Shown: positions 9,197-18,178 of the stretch, piece after piece
How the letters are laid out: each line of letters begins with the position of its first letter
Position numbering within the stretch: position 1 is the stretch's first letter
Assembly: GCA_029939815.1 (NCBI GenBank)
Contig: JAOZSF010000002.1
Location: forward strand, 1 to 25,106
DNA: 25,106 nt
Source: a bacterium
GTDB taxonomy: Bacteria > Auribacterota > UBA3054 > B51-G9
Direction of reading: 5' to 3'
Notes under the pieces: model-generated
What the model was told of the DNA's origin: nothing
The model's database searches: none
What the model saw: the letters and a program-made list of their open reading frames with translations, nothing else
Made by a program: the position numbers and the translations under genes

Positions 9197-10531
9197 ATGA
9201 ACTTATCACACAAAATCATTATATCATTGTTGTTAATCTTAACTGTTTTAGGCAGTTCAAATTGCTGTGCCGGTGCTAAGCAGCCCAAATTGTATGATTA
9301 TATACAAAAGATTTCAGAACATATAAAACCATTACCGCTGCTCTATGCTCAGAAAAGTGACAGACGTTTGGAATATGAGAATATGATGAATATTCTTTTT
9401 TCACTTATGTATCTTGGTGATACTTTGGTAATAATGACTCCTGACGGTGATTATGCGGTATTCACGTATTTGAAAAAAAATAAAATTGTTTTGAAATCAA
9501 CTCAATATGAAGAATTAACATCTAATTTTAAAAGTTTACTTGATGATTATAAAAGAATTTGGGTCGTTGTCGTTGACCATAGAGCCGGATGGCAGGCTCA
9601 ACCGCCAAGTCAATATTTGCCTGTGCTGAAAAAAGATTATATGGATCTTCCGTTACCGATGCCAACTTATTTTGCGGATAAAGGTGTTGTAGTCGGTTCA
9701 ACTAATTTCTGGATTAATAAGGCTGCGTTATTAAAAAAAGTGGCTGAAATCAGCCCCCAAAATAGGAACCCGCGCCTGTATTTGCGGTTGGGACAAGTAT
9801 ATAGGCGGTTTGGCAAACTTGAAGAAGCGGTAAAAACTTATGAAAAAGGAATAAAATATTTTCCGGAAGACCCTTTTTTACACAGAGAACTTGGAGCATG
9901 TTATTATTGGGAATATTCGCCTCCGCTTTTAGAGGAATCAATAAAAGAAAATCGTATTGCCAATCAGTGCCATATAAGCAAGTTTGGCAAGCCTAAATAT
10001 GACGCGATGTTTAATGCGGCAATGGCGTACAGAGACCTTGGTGAATTGACGAAAGCACAGCTTCAATACAATGATATTTTACGATCAATAAATGAGTTTC
10101 CTGACAATTATTTTGAATCTCAGACGAGGCGTTATCTTGCTAATGTATATCTTGAGAGCGGAAGAACAAATGACGCACGGCTTCAGTATGAGCTTGACAT
10201 TAAGCTTGCTGCTCAGCCGTTACCTTATTCTTATAATAAACTGCTTGACATTTATGACGTTAACGGCGAAAAGAAAAAGTATAGTGATGCGGTGAAAGAA
10301 TATTTTGAAGTTTGTGGTAACAAAGATCCGTCAGCAATAATTCGTTATATAGATTATGTGAAAGATAGTGAAGAGAAACAACTGATAATAGAAGATATTA
10401 ATGTCGTGAAAACATGGATGCAGTCAAATACAAACTTGCTTAATAAAATAAGATTAAACCCCGAGTGGTGGGATATTTGGACTAATGTGACGATAAACTG
10501 CGGTGTTTCACCGGTAACTAATAAAAAATAA
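9197..10531 (+). CDS. Exported or membrane-anchored TPR protein
   Basis: N-terminal hydrophobic helix; canonical TPRs LYLRLGQVYRRFGKLEEAVKTYEKGIKYFPEDPFLHRELGACY and AMFNAAMAYRDLGELTKA. Confidence 0.8.
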   Translation: MNLSHKIIISLLLILTVLGSSNCCAGAKQPKLYDYIQKISEHIKPLPLLYAQKSDRRLEYENMMNILFSLMYLGDTLVIMTPDGDYAVFTYLKKNKIVLKSTQYEELTSNFKSLLDDYKRIWVVVVDHRAGWQAQPPSQYLPVLKKDYMDLPLPMPTYFADKGVVVGSTNFWINKAALLKKVAEISPQNRNPRLYLRLGQVYRRFGKLEEAVKTYEKGIKYFPEDPFLHRELGACYYWEYSPPLLEESIKENRIANQCHISKFGKPKYDAMFNAAMAYRDLGELTKAQLQYNDILRSINEFPDNYFESQTRRYLANVYLESGRTNDARLQYELDIKLAAQPLPYSYNKLLDIYDVNGEKKKYSDAVKEYFEVCGNKDPSAIIRYIDYVKDSEEKQLIIEDINVVKTWMQSNTNLLNKIRLNPEWWDIWTNVTINCGVSPVTNKK

Positions 10532-10536
10532 TTCTT

Positions 10537-11121
10537 GTGGGTATAAAAAGAAAAATAATTTCTCAATTCGGGAAAATATACCTTGAAATGAAAGGTGTTG
10601 AAATCGGAAGTGCAGTTGTTATGTACGGGCTTCCACGAGTTAATATCGTAAATGGAGCAAGAATTATAATCGGTAATAATGTTGCTTTATGCTCAACAAG
10701 TGATGGGAATCCATTAGGTGTAAACCATCGCGTGATTTTATCCGCGATCCGTTCAGATAGTGAAATTATAATCGGAAGTGATACAGGAATTAGCGGAACG
10801 ACAATTGCCGCAGCAAAATCTGTGAAGATTGGCAGTAATTGCTTGATTGGTGCTAATGTAACAATTACGGATTATGATTTTCATTCGGTAAAACCGGAAG
10901 GCAGGAGATATAATACAAATACTGAAGATATTGGCTGTTCCTCTGTTGTTATAGAAGACAATGTTTGGCTGGGCATGAACGTTATTGTGTTAAAAGGCGT
11001 TAGAATAGGGCAAAACAGTATTATTGCAGCAGGAAGTATAGTAACAAAATCTATTCCTTCAAATTGTATTGCCGGTGGTAATCCGGCAAAGATTCTGAAG
11101 GAAGTTAGTAATAAAGAATAG
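10537..11121 (+). CDS. Left-handed beta-helix O-acyltransferase (maltose/galactoside acetyltransferase-like)
   Basis: Hexapeptide repeats (IGSNCLIGANVTI; IEDNVWLGMNVIVLKGVRIG) and terminal AGGNPAK; GTG start. Confidence 0.92.
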   Translation: MGIKRKIISQFGKIYLEMKGVEIGSAVVMYGLPRVNIVNGARIIIGNNVALCSTSDGNPLGVNHRVILSAIRSDSEIIIGSDTGISGTTIAAAKSVKIGSNCLIGANVTITDYDFHSVKPEGRRYNTNTEDIGCSSVVIEDNVWLGMNVIVLKGVRIGQNSIIAAGSIVTKSIPSNCIAGGNPAKILKEVSNKE

Positions 11122-11133
11122 GTTTATAATAAA

Positions 11134-12453
11134 ATGGAATATCAGTTTATGGAGTCAACAACAATGAAATTCACAGTAGAAATATTAGTGGCTGTAGGGC
11201 TCGTACTTGCGTTTATCCGACCTAAATGGTTGCTTTATTTTCTTGTATTTAGTTTGCTGGAGCCATCACGTTTTTTAAGTCTCGGGAATTATGTTATTCT
11301 TGGCACGGTAAACGTAAAATATTATGAGATTACGATATCACTGATTTATTTTAGCGCACTATGGAATCAAAAAAGATCAATTAAGGACTGTGTGCCGGTC
11401 AGCCTTGTAGTGTTTATCTTTTTTGCCCTTATTTCTCTGTGGAGGGGAAATTCGATATATGGTGAAGCGGCTTTCAACCAGTTTCGTACTTTTTATTCTA
11501 TGGGAATGTGCCTTGTAATTCCTCTGCTTTTTAAAGAAACGAAAGAGCTGCGGCCATTATTGATTTTCTTTTTTATTATGACTGTAATTATGGGATCTAT
11601 AGAATTTCTTGGTGTGATGGGGGTAAATAAAATTAATCAGTTTGCAATGAGTGGAAATCGATATACTTCTATGTTAAGCGCTTCGCAGGGGGCTATGCTG
11701 GCAATGCCGTATATCTACGTTTTAAGTACTTTTCGCTATATTAATAAAAACAGGATTATGGTTCTTTTGGGTGGAGTATATTGCTTTGCTTTATCGGTAA
11801 TGACTGGTTCAAGAGGAGTTTTACTTGGACTAATTGGAGGAACAGCCGGACTGATTTTGCTAATGCCGATACGCAAAAAAGTCACTATAACAATAACTAT
11901 TGTATTACTTGGATTATCTTCTTTTGTTTTTGCCAAAACTTTTTATATTGAACGTTACGGAATGACCCTTGGTGAAAGATTTAGCAACATAATTTCAACA
12001 CATGAAGGTACCGCAAGGTGGCGACTTGATGCGTGGCGCCAAATGCTTGATGATATTAAAGAAAAACCGCTTTTGGGCTCTCCATTCGGAACTTCTTCTG
12101 TTTTTAATGTTTACGGCGGTAATAGAGAAGAGCATGCACCGCATAATGAGTATTTGAAAATTGCGAGGTACACCGGTTTAATTGGTTTTGGTGCGTTTAT
12201 ATGGTTTCTTGTGGGGATTTTCTTTTCCGGTTTTAAAAAACTAAGAAAACTTGGCGAAAATAAAGAATATTATGAACTTGCAGCTTTTATAATGTGTTTT
12301 CTTTTTCATGTAATTACCGCTACGTTTACGCAGGCTTTCACCACGATGGACAGAAGTCCGATTGTTTGGGCATTAGCCGGAATAATTACACTTTATACTT
12401 TAACGAATACTAAAAAAAGTTCTGAAAAAAAAACAATACAAAAATACGCGTAA
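11134..12453 (+). CDS. O-antigen ligase/polymerase family (Wzy_C) protein
   Basis: About 12 TM; TGSRG, RWRLDAW...KPLLG and PHNEYL...TGLIGF motifs. Confidence 0.85.
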   Translation: MEYQFMESTTMKFTVEILVAVGLVLAFIRPKWLLYFLVFSLLEPSRFLSLGNYVILGTVNVKYYEITISLIYFSALWNQKRSIKDCVPVSLVVFIFFALISLWRGNSIYGEAAFNQFRTFYSMGMCLVIPLLFKETKELRPLLIFFFIMTVIMGSIEFLGVMGVNKINQFAMSGNRYTSMLSASQGAMLAMPYIYVLSTFRYINKNRIMVLLGGVYCFALSVMTGSRGVLLGLIGGTAGLILLMPIRKKVTITITIVLLGLSSFVFAKTFYIERYGMTLGERFSNIISTHEGTARWRLDAWRQMLDDIKEKPLLGSPFGTSSVFNVYGGNREEHAPHNEYLKIARYTGLIGFGAFIWFLVGIFFSGFKKLRKLGENKEYYELAAFIMCFLFHVITATFTQAFTTMDRSPIVWALAGIITLYTLTNTKKSSEKKTIQKYA

Positions 12454-12459
12454 ATAATT

Positions 12460-13608
12460 TTGATCATGAAACTGCTATTTCTTAATGCTAATATTGCCGG
12501 ATGCGGAACTTATCACAGAGCTTTGTGGTTCGGCAGATTATGCGCTGAAAACGGCGGACATGATGTTACAATTTGCACCGTGTCGCGTAATGAAAAATGG
12601 AAACGTAAAACGAGAGTTGAAAAGGGAATTACTATTACTGAAGGACCCAAATGGGGATACAAAAACATCCCCGGTTACGGTTCAAACTGGCTCGATATTT
12701 TATGGAGATGGAAAAAAATAGTGTCCGGTAATTACGATGTGATATTTGGATTTGAATATCATCCTAATGTGGCATGGCCAATTTACGCCGGGCTAAGAAA
12801 AAACCAGACTTTTATTTCAGATTGGTGCGATTGGTATTCAGGAGCAGCCAATCATTTCAAAGGAAATAAGATTGCTCATAAATGGGATAAAAATCGTGAA
12901 GAGAAAATCAGATTGAAAGCGGATAGAGTTAGTGTTATCAGCACAATGCTTTTTGAACGTGCAATGGATGTTGGCGTAAACAAAAAAAATATTACGTTGT
13001 TGCGTGAGGGTGTTGATACTAATTATATGAAACCATATCCGAAAGAAAGTGCCCGCTTGGAGTTAGGGATTTGTCAGGATACGCCAATAGTTGGAACTCT
13101 TACCGATGGTCATGCTTTTCCATTTCTTATTGATGCCTTTAAAAAAGTAAAAAAAGAAATAAATAACGCGAAACTCTTACTTGTCGGTGGTTTGACTCCC
13201 GAACAAAATAAACTTGTAATTGAAAGCGGATTGCAGGACTCTTTTATTTCAACAGGGAGATGCAGTGATGAACAACTGCCTGTTTTTCTTTCTGCGGCTG
13301 ATATTTTTGCTTTGCCGATGGCGGACACATTAGCGAATAAAGCCAGATTTCCGCATAAAATTGGAGATTATCTTGCGTGTGCCCGGCCGCTTGTTGTAAC
13401 TCGGGTGGGTGATTATCCCGAAATGCTTCGCGAGGATGGAGTTTCTGTGGTTGTTGATAATCAGGATAATTTTTCAATTGAACTGATAAAATTGATTAAA
13501 AATAAAGAACAACAAAACTTTCTCGCTAGAAAAAGCAGAGAATGGGTTGTTGAAAAGCTTGAATGGTCGGTAATTGCTCCCGATATCCTTAAATTTGTTG
13601 AAGGATGA
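12460..13608 (+). CDS. GT4 family glycosyltransferase
   Basis: GT-B layout; REGVD; LSAADIFALP...RFPHKIGDYLACARPLVVT. Confidence 0.9.
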   Translation: MIMKLLFLNANIAGCGTYHRALWFGRLCAENGGHDVTICTVSRNEKWKRKTRVEKGITITEGPKWGYKNIPGYGSNWLDILWRWKKIVSGNYDVIFGFEYHPNVAWPIYAGLRKNQTFISDWCDWYSGAANHFKGNKIAHKWDKNREEKIRLKADRVSVISTMLFERAMDVGVNKKNITLLREGVDTNYMKPYPKESARLELGICQDTPIVGTLTDGHAFPFLIDAFKKVKKEINNAKLLLVGGLTPEQNKLVIESGLQDSFISTGRCSDEQLPVFLSAADIFALPMADTLANKARFPHKIGDYLACARPLVVTRVGDYPEMLREDGVSVVVDNQDNFSIELIKLIKNKEQQNFLARKSREWVVEKLEWSVIAPDILKFVEG

Positions 13609-13670
13609 CAATTAACCCTCCTTCGGCGGATGCTACGCACAATAACATTAACGAATAACGATTAATAAAA

Positions 13671-15842
13671 ATGCCAAATAAAAATAAATCTATAATAAGT
13701 AAAATATTATTTTCCCTTATTGTATTACCTATTACCGCAATATATCAATTGAGTTTCTTTGCTCAATCGGATGTTTTTCTTCAGGTAACGGTATTTGCTT
13801 TGAGTCTTTTCATTTTTTGTCTGTCTTGGTATAGGTGGACATTAGCGGTATATGTTTTTATTTTTTGCATACCGGTATTTAACACACTTAATGCTATATT
13901 TAGAATTCCATGGCCGGGGATCAATGTTAATGCTGTGATTCTTGGTGCATTATTAACATCCTGGGTTTATCACTATATTTGGGGAAAGCCTATTTCAGAT
14001 AAAAAACCTGATGTTTATTTACGCAAGACTCCACTTGACGGTATTTTAATATTTCTTGGCGTAATTATAATTTTACAATTACCGGTTGGCTGGGCACGCT
14101 TCAATAATGTTCTATGCCCCGGATTTTATAATGATGTCCCGCGGCAGATTATGAGTATACCGTTTTTCAGTATGCTGGATAATTATTTATGCTTTACCAG
14201 ATTATGGCAGTTCATGCAGATTGGTGTGGCCTTTTATTTGATTTGCTCTTCAATACGCCACCGGGAACAATTAAGAAATGTTCTCTGGCTTATTGTGATT
14301 TCAGGAGTTGTTGTAGGTTCTTATGGTATATTTCAATATTTTGCAGGATTTAGATGGGTTGGTATAAATTGGTTCTTTATGCGTGTTAATGCGACATTAA
14401 ACGGTCCTCACGCCGCTGGTATTTATTTCGCGACACTAATGGTCTTATGTGTGGCTCTGTTTTTCGCTACTCAGTCATATTGGAGAAAAATTATGATGTT
14501 TGCCGCAACTTGCGTGGCAGGCGGTGGTTTATGGTTTTCAGGAACAAGAACTGCCGCATTTGCGCTTGTAATTGTGCTTGGTGTGCTCGCGCTTGCTTTT
14601 CTTGTAATCTCAATGATTAAAAGTACAAATGTGAGAAAGGTTTTCTTAATCATTGTTGCTGTTTTGCTTTTTCTGGGACCGGGGTATTCGCTGATTATGC
14701 CAACGCAGGGACCGCTTTCCTCAATTACAAGATCAAGACAATTCCAGAGATTTACTGAAGGATTTAATAAATTAGCGTCTGATAAATCTTCATCAACGCT
14801 AAACGAATGGCTTGCATACAGATTTTATCACTGGACATCGGCAGCTAATGTTATTAAACAATTCCCGGTAACCGGTTCGGGCATCGGAACATTTGATAAA
14901 CTATATCGTCATGTGAAATTAAAAGATGATACATATAAAACAGCATTTGCTCACGCATTGTACTTGGATATACTGGTAGAGCAGGGTGTTTTTGCTTTGC
15001 TTGGGATAGTGTGTCTGTATTGTATTGCTATTGTCTTAAGCTGGAAACTTTATCGCGCGCGCGAAGTTTCATGGAGATGGAAACTGATGGGGATGGCAAT
15101 GCTTGTTTCACTATATGTCACCTTTGTCTCCAATTTTTTCACAAGCGATTTTTATTATGTTCTTGAACTGCAATTATGGTTTGCTCTTCTGTTTGCATTG
15201 GTGGTTTGTAACTATCAGCTTAATTTTGATCCGGTTCCATATTCGCTAACCAGACGTCTTAAAACAGCATCCGCCAATTTTTTTGCCTTCATAAAAAAAT
15301 CAAAAATAAGAATTGTTCTTGTGACCATTGTTATTTTACTTCTCTTATCCGGCTGGATTATTGAGCTTGGCAACTCAATTTATTATGGTTATACTTTTTT
15401 CAACTCTGCTAAACAATATACTCTAATTGACAGGATTCTGGAGTACGGTATTTTTTATTATCAAAAAGATGATCATAATAATAAATTTGCAAGAACTGCG
15501 AAATCAGTCTATAAGCCAATCAGAGTTAAAGATAAAAATTTGAGACTTTTCCTCAGAGCGGAACATCCTGATGTTAAAGAAAAACCGGTAAAGGCTACTG
15601 TTAGAATTGATGATGTTGTTGTAGGGGACACCATTTTGTCTAACAGAGAGTGGAACTTGTGTAGATTTGATTTAGGTGAATGGTTTGCAGATCATGCTAC
15701 TAATGTAGTTGGCAAAGAAGGAATTCCGGCCGTTCTTAATTTTGAATCAAGCAGAACATGGAATCCTTATAATTTGAAAAAAGGCAAAGATGACCATGAT
15801 TACGGAATTGACCTGGGAGCAATTGAATGGGGATATTATTAA
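13671..15842 (+). CDS. O-antigen ligase family protein with an extra C-terminal soluble beta-rich domain
   Basis: RVNATLNGPH, SGTR, RFYHW...FPVTGSGIGTF, AHALYLDILVEQG; ~150-aa soluble tail ending RTWNP...DYGIDLGAIEW. Confidence 0.85.
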   Translation: MPNKNKSIISKILFSLIVLPITAIYQLSFFAQSDVFLQVTVFALSLFIFCLSWYRWTLAVYVFIFCIPVFNTLNAIFRIPWPGINVNAVILGALLTSWVYHYIWGKPISDKKPDVYLRKTPLDGILIFLGVIIILQLPVGWARFNNVLCPGFYNDVPRQIMSIPFFSMLDNYLCFTRLWQFMQIGVAFYLICSSIRHREQLRNVLWLIVISGVVVGSYGIFQYFAGFRWVGINWFFMRVNATLNGPHAAGIYFATLMVLCVALFFATQSYWRKIMMFAATCVAGGGLWFSGTRTAAFALVIVLGVLALAFLVISMIKSTNVRKVFLIIVAVLLFLGPGYSLIMPTQGPLSSITRSRQFQRFTEGFNKLASDKSSSTLNEWLAYRFYHWTSAANVIKQFPVTGSGIGTFDKLYRHVKLKDDTYKTAFAHALYLDILVEQGVFALLGIVCLYCIAIVLSWKLYRAREVSWRWKLMGMAMLVSLYVTFVSNFFTSDFYYVLELQLWFALLFALVVCNYQLNFDPVPYSLTRRLKTASANFFAFIKKSKIRIVLVTIVILLLLSGWIIELGNSIYYGYTFFNSAKQYTLIDRILEYGIFYYQKDDHNNKFARTAKSVYKPIRVKDKNLRLFLRAEHPDVKEKPVKATVRIDDVVVGDTILSNREWNLCRFDLGEWFADHATNVVGKEGIPAVLNFESSRTWNPYNLKKGKDDHDYGIDLGAIEWGYY

Positions 15843-15899
15843 TTTATGAATAAAACTTATAATATAACGTCATAAGTATATAATATCTTTTAACAAAAC

Positions 15900-16415
15900 A
15901 TGGAGACAATTATGAAATTGATATCAATGATAATCTTTATATTTGTAACAATGTCCTCTTTTTCACTTTTAGGTGGAGACGTCACTATTGATCAATCCGA
16001 TGTCAGCAGGATTTCCGGTGAAGCAAAAAAACAAATCGCTTCTGAAAGAAAAGAGGCAAAAAAGAGTGTTCGAAGAAAATCAGGGAATAGTAAATCCGGT
16101 AGGGAAAGGATAAGCAAACGTGATAAGCGCGATATAAAAAAAGAGTCGCGTAGAGACAAAAAACAGGCCAGAAAGGAAATTAGAAAGAAAGAAATAGCCG
16201 CCACAAAAGCTATTAATGAAAGTAAAACAAAAACAGTTACTGTTCCAAAAAGTAAAATACCAGTTCCGCCGAGTCAAAAAAAACAGGAAGCGAAACCTGT
16301 TGTGAAAAAACAAACAAAACCATCGGTACATAAATCTTCACCTGCCAAAAAACAAACTAAACCTGAACCGGTTGAAGAATCATACTGGTATGATTCAGTT
16401 ATTTTTTGGGATTGA
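15900..16415 (+). CDS. Hypothetical secreted Lys/Arg-rich low-complexity protein
   Basis: Signal-like N-terminus, K/R/E-rich helix, P/K-rich linker, aromatic end EESYWYDSVIFWD. Confidence 0.7.
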   Translation: METIMKLISMIIFIFVTMSSFSLLGGDVTIDQSDVSRISGEAKKQIASERKEAKKSVRRKSGNSKSGRERISKRDKRDIKKESRRDKKQARKEIRKKEIAATKAINESKTKTVTVPKSKIPVPPSQKKQEAKPVVKKQTKPSVHKSSPAKKQTKPEPVEESYWYDSVIFWD

Positions 16416-16571
16416 ACCCCGGTTTCTATGAACTGCGACTAAATCACATCTTTTGAAATAAAAAAAGCTGGATTGACGATATTCATTGCAATTAAGGCGT
16501 TTTGTACTTTCAAATACAGCCATGTGGAAATAGAGGGAAGGTAGTTTATTCCGTTGCAAATAGAGATTCAA

Positions 16572-18143
16572 ATGAAACAAACTATAAATAAGCTGATTAG
16601 CAGACTAATTCTATTTTTGTGTATGCTGCTATTGATAAGTGGATGCATGACAGCTCAATCTATAATTCAAGATTTAAAGGAAAAAAAACCTACCAAACGA
16701 AAATCTCTGATTTATGCCGGAACTAAAGCAAATTATCACGAAATTTCTCTCTATAAGTCGCGGGCCAGAATGTGTTGGGCATCACAAATCGGGTATTCGT
16801 TCAGATGGATAACCTATGTTGACCTCTATTTCTGTATGGCGGCTGATACAATAGTGCTACCTTATACAATTCCTCGCACATACTATTCGCAATGGAAAAG
16901 TTTGCAATGGAAAGAAAAAGAAAAGAAAAAAGATCGTGATTTTTGTCCATTAAGAGAGGCAATCGGGCCCCTAAGAGATGAGTACCAACGTTGTGCAGAA
17001 AACATGCGCTTTCTTGAGGTGGAAAAGAATATATTTGCGCATGCTCTTGGTTTGAAACCATCTGATGAATTGCCAACGGATTTGGATGTTTACAGAAGAT
17101 CAATAGATGTTCCGGTCAATCGAAAAAAGGCACCTTTCTATATATGCCCTACCGGCGGCAAATATACAGTTGGCGGACAAAATGAAAACCCGGTATGCTC
17201 GGTTCACGGTTCACTTTCTAATGCCTTCAAAATATGGGTGATTTATTCTGATATCTACCGCCGTCCAACGTCAATGTCATCTTATTATGATTCCATTAAG
17301 AAACTAAACGGGAAACTTCCACCAATATACAAAAATAAAAAAGGGGATGAATCAACCGGTCGTTGGCAAAACACTTCGGCGGTAAGTTCAAATCAAAGTC
17401 AACTTGAGCTTAGATACTCGTTTGATGAAACGGGAAAAACGATATGCGACCGAGCAGGACATAGAAACGAAGCGACAACATATCGTGCTTTACCCTATTC
17501 TAACGGAAAATATAAAGGAGCATATGAATTTAATGGTAGTAACGCTTACATTCAGACTGCTCGTGATATTAATCTTTCACAGCCATACAGCGTGACTGCT
17601 TGGGTGTATTTGAAAACACTACTTGAAGATTCCGCCGATTTTGCCAATTATCGCGGACGAACAATTCTCGCACGTGGGGATTTGAAGTGGTCGGGTACAT
17701 GGGATTATATTTTCAATGTTAATGCTTACGGCAAGTTAGGGTTCGTAACACATTCGGCTTTTTCGCAAACAGATGTATTACAAAATCCGGATGTCTTTCC
17801 TCTTAATCAATGGGTTTTTGTTGCAATCACACATGAAGGAGATATCGGACGGCTTTATCAGGATAGTCGTCTCGTGCAAAAATGTGAGCACATGAGAGCC
17901 GGCGATAAGCATTGCACCAAGGGCACCTTTATCGGCAAAATCTTCAATTCGCACCTTGCATCGCACGGCGAACATTTTTGGGATGGAATGATCGATGAAT
18001 TTCGTATATACAATACTGCTCTCTCGCAACAGGAGTTAACTGCACTACAGGCGGAGTCATCAAAAATTGATAGTTATGATTCCGCTGAATCATGTCTTCC
18101 TAACGGCAAAAATATATTAACAAATTCAACCAATTTCAGATAA
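16572..18143 (+). CDS. Predicted lipoprotein: YceK/YidQ-like N-terminus + CPxGGxY...CSxHG module + LamG-like jellyroll (track start TTG 16554; ATG 16572 preferred)
   Basis: Lipobox LISGC; IYAGT and VDLYFCMAADTIVLPY; CPTGGKY...CSVHG; YSFDE, AYEFNG, YSVTAWV, QWVFVAITH, FWDGMIDEFRIYNTALS. Confidence 0.7.
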   Translation: MKQTINKLISRLILFLCMLLLISGCMTAQSIIQDLKEKKPTKRKSLIYAGTKANYHEISLYKSRARMCWASQIGYSFRWITYVDLYFCMAADTIVLPYTIPRTYYSQWKSLQWKEKEKKKDRDFCPLREAIGPLRDEYQRCAENMRFLEVEKNIFAHALGLKPSDELPTDLDVYRRSIDVPVNRKKAPFYICPTGGKYTVGGQNENPVCSVHGSLSNAFKIWVIYSDIYRRPTSMSSYYDSIKKLNGKLPPIYKNKKGDESTGRWQNTSAVSSNQSQLELRYSFDETGKTICDRAGHRNEATTYRALPYSNGKYKGAYEFNGSNAYIQTARDINLSQPYSVTAWVYLKTLLEDSADFANYRGRTILARGDLKWSGTWDYIFNVNAYGKLGFVTHSAFSQTDVLQNPDVFPLNQWVFVAITHEGDIGRLYQDSRLVQKCEHMRAGDKHCTKGTFIGKIFNSHLASHGEHFWDGMIDEFRIYNTALSQQELTALQAESSKIDSYDSAESCLPNGKNILTNSTNFR

Positions 18144-18178
18144 CTATCCACAAAACGTAGCATTAATTATAAATAAAA

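Noticed and set aside
2781-12432. A8 homopolymer tracts (e.g. 2781, 7022, 9473, 12425) as phase-variation switches
   Set aside because: They are short, expected in AT-rich Lys-coding DNA, and all reading frames are intact.
13615-13630. cUUCGg tetraloop-like sequence in the 13609-13670 intergenic gap
   Set aside because: The stem is at most 3 bp, there is no U-tract, and it occurs once in the window, so it is not supportable as a terminator or REP.
16434-16448. CRP-like site TGCGA-N5-TCACA
   Set aside because: The spacer is 5 nt rather than 6 and one half-site mismatches.
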